DNA of 64,000 bases from Marsupella aquatica (lineage: Eukaryota > Plantae > Marchantiophyta), in the NCBI GenBank assembly GCA_973895155.1, contig OZ316897.1, positions 17,404,058 to 17,468,057 of the forward strand. Direction: 5' to 3'. Each line of letters starts with the position of its first letter. Within the stretch, counting starts at the first letter, position 1. The position numbers were made by a program, and so were the translations under genes. Shown piece by piece: positions 23,801-35,304 of this stretch. The notes under the pieces were generated by a model. That model had not been told where the DNA came from. It was given only the letters and a program-made list of their open reading frames with translations, and made no database searches.

Positions 23801-24592
23801 AGACCTAACTATGCCTGTACCTCATATTGCAGGGAATATGATATGCAAAAAGCTGCACACTCTGGGCAGCAGGATCCCTTCCCACAGTTCGAGCAGTGGA
23901 TTCGGGTGACAATTCGAGAGCATAGTAGACATCACCCAGATATGGAGAAGGATTTGTATCTTCTATCTGTGCCACCACGATTGTCTATTCTGACCTACAA
24001 ACGGATGAGAGCTTATGGAAATCATTATCGAGTGAGGGATGAGCAGGGTGACCATTGTGTATCATATGATTGTGGTTTGATTTCTGTGTTTGAGCAGAGA
24101 ACCTCTGAAGAACAGAGGGGGTGGATGAAGATGGGTTACGTGGGGGAGTTGACCGACATTTGGGTGTTGAATTATGGTAACACAAGTGTCCCAGTGATAT
24201 TGATGAAGGGATCATGGGTGAAATCAGAGTGGCAGAGACCAAGGGCCACCATGAAGCGTGATCATGATGGGTTCTTGTTGGCCAATTTTAGGTCCAGAGT
24301 ACCAGAATGGTCTGAGCCTTTTGTTTTCCCTAGCCAAGTTGAACAGGCTTTCTTTGTAGATGTGGAGGAGTCACATGGCTGGAGGGTGGTATGCCATAGC
24401 CAAGCACGGAACAGGCGGATGGATGGAAGTAAAGTAGAGTTCAGTTTGGATGACCATGCTGCATTCGAGCATCCTAGTCATGAGACTGTACTTCCAACTC
24501 GGGCAGGGACTGACTACATCCCCTTAACATTGAGAGAGACATATGATGAACCTGGGCAAATGGAATATGATGAGGTTGATGATTTGCAATAG
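20892..24592 (+). CDS. CACTA TnpD transposase, apparently intact; exons 20892-22682, 22818-23719, 23833-24592 (~1150 aa)
   Basis: CPCxxC N-domain, IDACPDGC, LSLDGVNPF, NYNLPPW, ADYPGYG, DVMHIEKN, KTHDYH, FFDVMTHLLIH, WMYPMERY, EPFVFPSQVEQAFFV. Both GT-AG introns join in frame. Confidence 0.95.
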
Positions 24593-24769
24593 GCAACAGC
24601 TGGCGATTGGCAAGTATGAGGTTGAGGATGACTACCTGCACAGAGTCACAGAACGGGAATTGCTGCCTGGAATGATGTTTAGGATAGTTGGATATGCATG
24701 AAATTGATTGATACTTTGAATTTAGTGTGCTGATTCTCCCTGTTTGGTTGTGGGTGCTGTGCAGAAGCT

Positions 24770-27700
24770 ATGGGGGAAGAGGGTGATGACATGGAGACAG
24801 ACATGGGGCTTGGAGAGTGGGGTGAAGAGGAAAGATTGGATATGGATGGAGACCCAGATGCAGGGGGCTCACAGAAAAATGCACCTGTGCAGGATGCACA
24901 GGGCCCTCATCAAGTCCCAGGTAGGTGGGCAGCTAGAGAGAAATCACATAATCCATACCCTAGAAGGAGCCAGAGTTATTGGCAAGGGACGCCTGATAAT
25001 TATGATGATGACTATGATGGAGCAGAAGATGGATGGGATGAATATGAACACCCAGAGCGTGGTAGAGACGGGTACAGAGGGCAATGGACAGGTGAGGAGG
25101 ATGATTGGACAAGTAAGTGCCTTGTGCTAGTGATTTTGTGATGGTAGTAGAGATTTAGCTCAATATGGACTTATCTGATGTGTAGCTAGGGCAAAGAGTT
25201 TATCTTACAGGTCCATGAGTGTGGCATGTACCTGTTGGTATGCAGACTCTGATTGGGACAATCACGAAAACAACAAAGGCCATCCACGTTCAGATAGGCG
25301 GCAATCATTCACAGGCGGGAGAAACGGCCCTAATTCATCAAGACAAAGCAATAGGACAGGTGGTCCAGAACCATCTATGCGCCAAGGGAGAGGTAACTTG
25401 GTCATTGCAGAATTGCTCTGAAGTCCAGTGTATATTTGGCAGCAGGATTTATGATTCATACTTACCTAATGTAAGTGACTGTAAATGGATCCTGTAAATG
25501 TGCAGGGACTCCAGGGAGGTTTGGACAATGCAATCCAGGCCGTGGGGGGAGATCAGGCCGTGGAGGGACCCCAGGCCGTGGGGGGACACCAGGCCGTGGA
25601 GGGACACCTAGTAGCGCTTCAGGGAGTACCAAGGCAGGAGACAGTAACAAATTTGGTAAAGTAGAAGTGAATTCCGAAGGTTGGATAACTCCCACATGTG
25701 ATGGTAAGAACCGTTGGCATTCTGACCTAAGAGGAGAAGTATTGCGTTGGTTAGATTTGAGCATTACAGAGTTTAGGAGTCAGAACAAAGCTGATTGGGC
25801 TGCTATCTGCAAGGACATTCTTGAACGGTGGGACTATGTTGGTAATGATGGTAAGGGCCCAGTTGAAGATTGCATATCAGATTATGCAATGAGGATTTTG
25901 AAACAAGAGAGGCATAGGTTGAAAAGGATGTGGATAGACAATGGTTCTAACAGGAGAATGCCACCACCCCCATCATTGGAACTGGATCAATGGACACGGT
26001 TAATCAAAGGGTTCATGTCGGAGGCTGGACAGAGCAAGAGTGAACTGATGTCAAATGCTCGAGGCAAAGTGAAACACCTTTCACAGGCTGGGAGAGGAAG
26101 TTATGCTCCAGTGAAAGAACAATTGGTAAGGCAGTGACATGCCTAATAGTAAGCCTCAAACTTATCATCTTGCTACCATTATTACATTTTCATTGACAAT
26201 CAACACTTGGTTTCATTCATATGTATGTTGATGTGGACTGCAGAAGAAATTGACAGGTGAAGAACCATCAGCACAAGAAGTGAGAGAGGAGTTCATGAAA
26301 CAAAGGAGTGAGGTGACAAGTGTGACTTCCAAACAGGTGATTATGTTGTAATTCTATATGTTCTGTGACTATTTGGCCTTGAGCATCAGAAAGAATTGTA
26401 GTAGGAAGTAAGCAACCAGTTCTTGGGGACAATTATCTGAGATATGTAAACTGTGTTATGACAGGGAACTGTTACAACTCTCACAAAGATGTCTGAACGG
26501 TTGAAGTCATTAGAGTGTGGACTCCCTCGAGTGGAAAGTAAATTGGCTGATCGTTTGGATATTGTGGAGGCATCTGTAGCGAACCTTCTTGCATCAGTGG
26601 AATCTAATTTCAAGCTTGTGATTGAAAAATTGGGTGGTTCCCAACCAAACAATGAGGGCAACATTGTACAAAGTGTGCCCTTGTTAACAAAAAAGGGAAT
26701 TGGCAAATCTGACACAGGTATGCAATGAGGATTTTGAAACAAGAGAGGCCCATTGTTCATTGTGTCCTATGTTCAAATGTTAGAAGTAAGTTTTCATGAA
26801 TTGAGTGAATGGTTTGAATGCAGGAAGAGTGGAGGCAGAGAACCTGGACCCTGTAATCGGTAAGCAGAATGGCAAAAAGGTTGCTGAGACAGGTAACCTG
26901 CTATGATCCAGTACATTACATTTGAAAAGTGCATGGAGTTTTGTGAAGCTTAAGCCGGTTGGAGGTAATCTTTTCTGTAAGAATTGGTTGGATAAACTGG
27001 GAATTGAAGTGACATCATGATTGATGTATCAGGTGATTCAAAGAGCAATGAAAAAGATGTGCCCAGTGCCTCAGTGACCATAGCCAAGGAGGTATCAGGT
27101 AAGCTGATGCTTTAAATTCCTCTCCTACCATTGTTGAGAAACAATTCAGTGGTTAATAGATTGAACCTGAATCTTGTGGTCTGTTTATTGATCAGCAGAA
27201 GCAGACATGGAGGATATGGCAATGGCAAAGAAGGGGAAGAAGGCTGTTCATAATGGTAAGGAGATAGTGACAACTTTGTGGATGGTGACATGTACATGGC
27301 GCACATGTGATGAGTGATTCACTTATGTTGGACAATGCATTGAATTGTAGTTGATGCAGAGTTGACAGACTCTCAACCAAGTGGGAGCAGGGTGAAGCGA
27401 CGTCGAAACTTGGGAGCAACATTGGATGCAAGTAAGATTGTAGATGCTTCAATTGAAGCAAGTACAATGTTAGCAGATACTGAGATGATGTCGCAGGGAA
27501 ATCCTGCTACACAATCGGAAGTGTCAAATATGGATGCAGATTCTTTGAAGAAGAGTGTAGCCAATTCTCGATCACCAGCACAAAACACTCGTGCCAAAGT
27601 CATGACTCGCAACCAAGGTATGAATAATGTCATGTATAAGCCACCCAGGAAAGCCAAGAAAAACAGCCAGGGTAAGGTGGAGGTGATAGCCACAGCAGAG

Positions 27701-27955
27701 CCAGTCCATAATCTTCTATCATGGGAGAATGACTCGCAGGTATGTGTGGGTACAGGCATTTTGCGACCGGATCATGCTAAATTCCATGGCAAAGTGGTCC
27801 CGGATGACCATGTAGTAGTGTTGTTGACTACAGTGATTGTATCTGATTGTAATTTGCCATTTCCGAATAGAGACGATGATCCACCTCAAGAAATAATTGC
27901 AGATGCAGTAGGATCTCTTGTGCTCTGGCCATCAGAGTGTGTTAGTCTGCAGTGA
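24770..27955 (+). CDS. TnpA-like multi-exon CACTA accessory gene
   Basis: Series of short exons with GT/AG borders (24770-25112, 25246-25392, ~25506-26125 and others). Core ILERWDY...ILKQERHRLKRMW..PPPP...QWTRLI. C-terminal En/Spm-type domain (VGTG...FHGKVVPDDHVVV...LPFP...DAVGSLVLWP). Exact exon chain not fully resolved. Confidence 0.7.
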
Positions 27956-29081
27956 CTGAATACAAGTGTAGATAGAATCATGTGAATTGTGTTACATTTT
28001 GACATTGCCTTGGAAAAATCCAAGAAATATCTGTACCAATTTTTCCATTTGGTAAAGAGGATGAAGGAGCCGTTGTGTGTGACATTGATATTTCTGAATT
28101 CTGTATGTATGAAACAAGTGATTGATGTCAAACTATGGCTCTATGGTGATTGTCTATGATACTTGAATCTGTTTTGTATCAATTCAGTATTAGTGTGTAT
28201 GGTATAGACGAATGCTTTGTGACCTTCTTTGTAGTCTATGATGTTTGAATCTGTGAATTCATATTAGTGTACATGGTATAGAAGATGGTTTCTGAAAATT
28301 TGTGTGAGGTTCTAATGTTAACATGGTGAATGGTGACCTTATAGAGTGAGTTCATTCCAAGTACACAATAAAACATGAATGAAATGTGTTATTTGTGCAC
28401 AAGAGTGAGTTCATTCCAAGTAGTATAGTGGGGTCTTCATCACTCATTTCCAGTTGACATGAAAGACTTGTACATACCCCACAAAGTGTCTACTTTAGTC
28501 GTTTTATAAACCCCCACAAAGTGTCTACTTTAGTCATTTTATAAACCCACAAAGTATATTTAAAGACTACCCTCCATAACCTTTTGAGTTGTTCCCAACG
28601 ACTCACCATCGCAGCCCATAAAAGACTGAAAAAGACTCACCAAAGCTACCCACACAAAGACTAAAATAGACTGAAAATCCAGTCTATTAAACGACTTATA
28701 AACCAGTTCTATAAAGGACTCAGTTGATTATAGTAACAAAACATACGACTCGCAGTCCTATAAAGGACTAGAGTCCTTCCCAGTCGTTTCCAAGTCCTAT
28801 ACGGTATTGAATAGTCGTTTAATGGGGTCTAAATACCCCCCGGTTTCTACTAGTGCTCTAGTTTCTCCCCCAAAAAGCCGTCAAACACGAATAAAACTTG
28901 AACGACGCAAAATTCAATTCCTCCGCACCACGGATATCGATCAGCAAGTTCTAACCACCGTCAAAAAGCGCTCTCACTAACCTATCCGCTCAGCCACACA
29001 CATTCAAGTTTTATGCAACAAAACTCTGAATGTACCATTGAGTACAATGAATGCTGGAAAACCTCGTCACCTCCCAGACAT

Positions 29082-29093
29082 GCTCTGATACCA
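29082..29093 (-). promoter_or_regulatory. Primer binding site (tRNA-iMet) of LTR copy A
   Basis: Minus strand TGGTATCAGAGC, 2 nt from the LTR end. Confidence 0.9.
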
Positions 29094-29095
29094 AT

Positions 29096-29432
29096 TGTTG
29101 AGCAGAGACAACATTTGCAACTGCAAGCCCATGAACCATCCAATGCACAAGAGTCGACACAAAGAGATACATGGTTCACCTCCACATGAGACTACGTCCA
29201 CAGGAACACACAAGAGCTTTACTGCACTCTAGGCGGACCAGCCATACCAAGCATCCACAACACAAGCTCTCCCTATCTCTCAACTAGCTCCGTAACAATG
29301 AGCCTAAGTTCCATTAGGGGTCTGGCATCAGCCTCAGCAATATGCACAATAGCACTCTCGCTAACATTAGCTAAGTCCTAACTCGAGTTAGACTAACTTT
29401 GGTTAGCTCATGAGCCACAAGACTAGAGAACA
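29096..29432 (-). mobile_element. LTR (copy A), with 8-bp deletion near its outer end
   Basis: TGTTGAGC...AACA termini; homologous to 38401-38744 and 55228-55571. Confidence 0.85.
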
Positions 29433-30869
29433 GGCTATAGGGGCGCGGGGTTAAGGCAAGGCCGGCAGCCGAGCACGAGGAGGGCATAAAGGGGCGACGC
29501 GGGCGCGCCTGCTGCCCATGGCAGGCGAGCGCAAGCAGGTGGCAGCGAGGCGTCGGCAGCCTAAGGCAGGGCACGGGGGATGCGAGGGGCAAGTCAGTGG
29601 GCCGGGAGGGGAGAAACGTTGGCAGCGCATGAGCGCGCATGAAGCGACGGCCGGTGCTACGCAGCTTGCCACTGCGCTAGAAAAAATGGAGTGTGGGGGG
29701 GACCGTATGCGAGGGGGAGTATCGCGTGTCAGGGAGGGGGGAGGTCGGGTGTGTGTATACAAACTCAAATACACACTCAAGGCCCCCCTTTAGACCCCCT
29801 TTAAGTCAAAAACTTAACCATAAACCAAACAATGCTAATTTCTTACCTCAACAACCTCGGTTTACACAAAGAAAAAGATTAGTGCCGACGGGTTAAAGTT
29901 GCCAAACTTCACCGGCAAGGTTTGCAAGCTCCGCCGTGGAAAAACTTTCCGTCCTGTCACACTCAATCTACGTCAAGTGCCAATCCCGGGCTCAAAACAA
30001 CCGCCTTGCCGCGATCAAATCGTTGAGCCATAGCACTTTGCGTTTCTTCCACCGAGTCGGACGTAACAAAGAGAAACCTGGTTCAGATGGAAACAAGCTC
30101 CATCACTCTATTCATTAAAACTGGAATTTCTAGAGTCCAAAAGTTGATGCTCAAAAGTATTATTTTGCTACCCAAAATTTCACAAAATTTGCCCCAAAAG
30201 TATATATTTGGTAGGCCAAATGTACACTTTTTGTGGTCTAAAATTACACTTCTTGTACCTAAATTATTAAATAACTAAATAGTAATTTATAATTAATTAA
30301 GATTCATATAATATAAATTTATATTATTATACTATATAGTATCATTATTATTATATAGTCTAAAAAAGCATATCAATGAATAGAATATAACAATCTATAT
30401 ACAATATATTAAATTAAAATTATTGGGAATACATGAATGACTATATCAGTTTAGTCAATCGTCTCTACCCTAAGTAACACTAGTAAATATGGTAGTTTGA
30501 CTGTCAAGGGTAGCAAGTGATGAATGGTCATTTGTCCTTATTAATTAAGGGTAGAGATTGCAACCACCCTAATCTCCTATCTATGTAAGAACTTATATTT
30601 ATCATACTTAGATGGTCGAGATAGTCTAGACCCAAATGGAGGGTTTATCTTTGACTAAATATTACACTCATGACTCTCTTAGTTGGTAGAAATCATTTGA
30701 GCAAGCAAGTCCAGACCTTGAAAAATCAAATTTCATACCTTGGTTGCACACCACCTACGACACTATATTCCAGAACTTATAGGATAGGTACAACAATTAT
30801 CATAATAACTTGGCTCCACAAAAGACCTAAAGCAAAACCCCTTTGAATCTTTTGGACTCCAGATGATCG

Positions 30870-33800
30870 ATAGCCTCCAAGTGCTAATAGTTTTCAGGAC
30901 TCTAAAATCAGAGTAAGGACAAGAGGCTCGAGATGATCTAAAGCCTCCATGCACTTCAATTTTTTGCACTCTAAAACCAAAGTCAAGACAAGAAGCTCGA
31001 GATGAGCTAGAGCCTCCAAGCGCTTTCAATTTTCAGCACTCTAAAACCAAAGTTAGGACAAGAGGCTTGAGATGATCAAGAGCCTTCAGGCGCTTCAATT
31101 TCCACAGTCTAAAACCAAAGTCACGACAAGCTAAGAGTCTCAATGCAAGACTATCTAGAGCCTCCAAGCACTTGAAGTTTTTGGACTCTAAAACATAAGT
31201 CAAGACAAGAGACTCGAGATGATCTAGAGCCTTAGACTGTTTCAATTTTTTGCACTTTAAAACCAAAGTCAAGACAAGAGGCTCTATACAATCTAGAGCC
31301 TCCAATCGCTTCAATTTTATGCACTCTCACACTAAAGTCAAGACAAGAGGCTCAAGATGATCTAGAGCCTCGGTCCAAGTGCTTTAATTTTGTGAAGTCT
31401 AAAACCAAAGGCAGGACAAGAGGCTCGAGATGATCTAGAGCCTCCAAACGCTTTAATTTCTACACTCTAAAACCAAAGTCAAGATAAAAGGCTTGAGATG
31501 ATCTAGAGCCTTCGAGCGCTTCAATTTTTTGCACTCTAAAACCAAACTTAGGACAAGAGGTTTCAAATGATCTAGAGCCTCCAAGCGCTTCAATTTTCTG
31601 CACTCTAAAACCAAAGTCAGGCCAAGAGGCTCGAGATGATCTAGAGCCTCCCAGAAGTTTTCTACACTGTAAAACCAAACTAAGGACAAGAGGCTCGAGA
31701 TGATCTAGAGAGCCTCCAAGCGCTTCAATTTTCCTTGGAATGGTAGCCATTTTATAAATTTCAGTTCCCCCGCGAAAAGCCCCACGGGGAGGGCGCACAA
31801 ACAAATCATATTCACGGGAGACAGCCAAGATAGAACAGAGGACCAAACCTCAAAAAATCACCTCAATCCCACATCAGGCAAGGAATTAACCTCCCCGGCA
31901 ATACCTAACAGCAAAAGAGGACAACCACACAACCTAATAACCAACCATAGGGCATCCCTGCCCCCAGAACCATACATTCATCGGTCTCAACGTTCCAACC
32001 TCACAGCAAAATCAGAGTCATCTAGCGGAAGTGAAACTGGTCCCCCCACCGCCGAGCCAGCTCCTGCGAAGTCCATCAATACATGATTTGGCCCGTAGCA
32101 GGCGAGTGCACTTCCTACCCGGGGTGGGCAACGCCGACCAGCAGCGAATAAGTTCTCCACTGCCTCCGACGGGACAAGTCCCAGGTCAAACACACGTCTC
32201 CCCCCCGTCTGAAACATGTGAGTGTTTCTCCCAATCTAGAGCCTCCAGAGAATCTGGTGTAAGACAAAAAATTGCGCCACTCCCACAGGCTCCCTCCCAC
32301 AGGCTGCATCTAAAAGCGCTTCAATTTTGTGCACTCTAAAACCAAAGTCAGCACAAGAGGCTTGAGATGATCTAGAGACTCTGAGTGCTTGAAATTTTTG
32401 GACTCTAAAACCAAAGTCAAGACAAGAGGCTCAAGATGATCTAGATCCTTCGAGGACTTTAATTTTTTGCACTCTAAAACTAAATTCAGGACAAGAGTCT
32501 CGAGATGATCTAGAGACTCTGAGCATTTCAATTTTGTGCACTTTCAAACCAAAGGCAGGACAAGAGGCTCAAGATGATCTAGAGCCTCAGAGTAGTTTAA
32601 TTTTCTGCACTCTAAAACCAAAGTCGAGACAAGAGGCTTGAGATGATCTAGAGCCTATGAGGGCTTCAATTTTCTGCACTCGAAAACCAAAGTCAAGACA
32701 AGAGGCTTAAGATGATCTTGAGTCTCCAAGCAGTTTTCAACATTGTAAAACAAAACTAAGGACAAAAGGCTCAAGATGATCTAGAGCCTCCGAGCGCTTC
32801 AACTTTTTGCACTCTAAAACCAAAGTCAGGACAAGAGGCTCGAGATGATCTAGAGCCTCCAAGAAGTTTTCTACACTAGAAAACCAAACTAAGGACAAGA
32901 GGCTTGAGATGATCTGAGCCTCCAAGAAGTTTTCTACACTGTAAACCAAAGTCAGGACAAGAGGCTCAAGATGATCTAGAGCCTCCGAGCGCTTCAATTT
33001 TCTGCACCCTAAACCCAAAGTCAGGACAAGAGGCTCGAGATGATCTAGAGCCTCCAAGAAGTTTTCTACACTATAAAACCAAACTAAGGACAAGAGGCTC
33101 GAGATGATCTAGAGCCTTCGAGCAATTCAATTTTCTGCACCCTAAAACCAAAGTTAGGACAAGAGGCTCGAGATGATCTAGAGCCTCCAAAAAGTTTTCT
33201 ACACTGTAAAACAAAGCTAAGGACAAGAGGCTTGAGATGATCTGAGCCTCCAAGAAGTTTTCTACACTGTAAACCAAAGTCAAGACAAGAGGCTCAAGAT
33301 GATCTAGAGCCTCCGAGCGCTTCAATTTTCTGCACCCTAAACCCAAAGTCAGGACAAGAGGCTCGAGATGATCTAGAGCCTCCAAGAAGTTTTCTACACT
33401 ATAAAACCAAACTAAGGACAAGAGGCTCGAGATGATCTAGAGCCTTCGAGCGATTCAATTTTCTGCACCCTAAAACCAAAGTTAGGACAAGAGGCTCGAG
33501 ATGATCTAGAGCCTCCAAAAAGTTTTCTACACTGTAAAACAAAGCTAAGGACAAGAGGCTTGAGATGATCTAGAACCTCCAAGAAGTTTTCTGCATTGTA
33601 AAACCAAACTAAGGACAAGAAGCTTGAGATGATCTAGAGAGCCTCCAAGCGCTTCAATTTTGTGCACTCTAAAACCAAAGTCAGGACAAGAGGCTCGAGA
33701 TGATCTAGAGCCTCCAAGCGCTTCAATTTCTGCACCCTAAAATCAAAGTTAGGACAAGAGGCTCAAGATGATCTAGAGCCTCCAAGAAGTTTTCTACGCT

Positions 33801-34465
33801 GTAAAACAAAACTAAGGACAAGAGGCTCGAGATGATCTAGAGCTTCCAAGCGCTTCAATTTTCTGCACCCTAAAACCAAAGTTAGGACAAGAGGCTCGAG
33901 ATGATCTAGAGCCTCCAAGAAGTTTTCTACACTGTAAAACAAAACTAAGGACAAGAGGCTCGAGATGATCTAGAGCCTCCAAGAAATTTTCTACATTGTA
34001 AAACCAAACTAAGGACAAGAGGCTCAAGATGATCTAGAGAGCCTCCAAGCACTTCAATTTTGTGCACTCTAAAACCAAAATCAAGACAAGAGGCTCGAGA
34101 TGATCTAGAGCCTCCGAGCACTTTAATTTTCTGCACTCTAAAATAAAAGGCAGAACAAGAGGCTGAAGGTGATCTAGAGCCTTCAAGTGCTTCAATTTTC
34201 TACATTATAAAAGCAAAGTCAAGACAAGAGGCTTGAGATGATCTAGAGTCTTCAAGCACTTCAATTTTCTACCCTATGAAACCAAAGTCAAGACAAGAGG
34301 CTCGAGATGATCTAGAGCCTCCAAGCGCTTCAATTTTTGCACTCTTAAACCAAAATCAAGACATGCAAGAGGCTCGAGATAATCTAGAGCCTCCAAGTGC
34401 TTCAATATTCTACACTATAAAACCAAAGTCAAGACAAGAAGCTCAAGATGATCTAGAGTCTCCTA
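30870..34465. repeat. Satellite array of ~69-bp and ~59-bp units built on the palindrome GAGGCTCGAGATGATCTAGAGCCTC; interrupted at ~31735-32310
   Basis: Dozens of copies of ACAAGAGGCTCGAGATGATCTAGAGCCTCC with two alternating linker types. Confidence 0.95.
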
Positions 34466-35304
34466 GTGCTCCGAGTGGACATCGCAACAAGCAATTGATG
34501 GATGACACATGGTCGATCATGAGTGGTGACAACTGATTCGACTCCGATCTTGACCCTATAGTCTAGCACTAAAACCATGTGGCTACCATATTGATCTCGA
34601 GGCTAGCCCACAGATCTCGACCCAAGCTAAAACTAAGATCTTGAGGCTAGCACATAGATCTCGACCCAAGCTAAAACTAAGATCTAGAGGCTACAACCAA
34701 GATCTCAAAGCAAGAGCAAGAAGCGAGGAGCTCTTGCAAGAAAGAGGATAAAAGGCAAATGAGGAATTCAAATCTCCTCAACGCACTATATGTCATGTCC
34801 AAAGGTAGCACTAGGTAGATACAAGTATGAGAGAGGCATAAGTGTGTCAGGTATGATAAAGCATTTAATGCAACCCGTATGCCCTTGGTGTGCAGTTAAA
34901 GCAATCCGTACACAAATCCGTACGCAGATTGTTGGGCCCTCTCGTGAGTCAGTCGGTGGCATATAATCCTTTGTTCCCAGTTGCAAGGATCATTTTACTA
35001 GTTTCATTTTTGTTGTCATGTTGTTCTCTGGTCCTCTTGCTCTTCCTCTCGCTCTCCCTCTCTCCAAGTCTCTTGAGCTCCTCGCTAATATTTCTATTGG
35101 TCTGAGCTTTGGTTAAGGATAGATCAGGCCAGGTTTTGGGGCAGAGAACCCTAAACCCATAACCCTACCAATTTCTGTAGCAATTATCTAGTTTACCTCT
35201 AGCTAGATAATCTAGAGCCAAGAGTTTATTGTAGCTTTGGCAAGGGTTTGTTTAGGGTGAGGGATGCATTCGTAGTGATCTTTGTGGTAGTTAGAGTCCC
35301 CATT

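Larger units (their letters stand above)
11801..28855 (+). mobile_element. Complete CACTA/En-Spm element 2 (17,055 bp) with cargo genes
   Basis: TIRs CACTAGTAGAAACCGGGG (18 bp perfect, extending imperfectly through ATTTAGACC). 3-bp TSD CTC (11798-11800 and 28856-28858). GACT/AGTC subterminal repeats at both ends. Empty site visible in the paralogous copy at ~38140-38155. Confidence 0.97.
11400..29432 (-). mobile_element. Truncated LTR-retroelement copy A (LTR+PBS+non-coding leader), split by CACTA element 2
   Basis: Segments 11400-11800 and 28856-29093 are collinear with 29860-30103 and 37972-38398, followed by PBS and LTR. Confidence 0.7.

Noticed and set aside
31033-34136. Multiple short minus-strand ORFs as real genes
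   Set aside because: They are products of repeat periodicity, start at alternative codons and are broken by 59-bp units.
30870-34465. CRISPR-like array (palindromic ~30-bp repeat with ~30-40-bp spacers)
   Set aside because: The spacers are themselves repeated (two linker types), no cas genes are present and the context is eukaryotic; this is a satellite.
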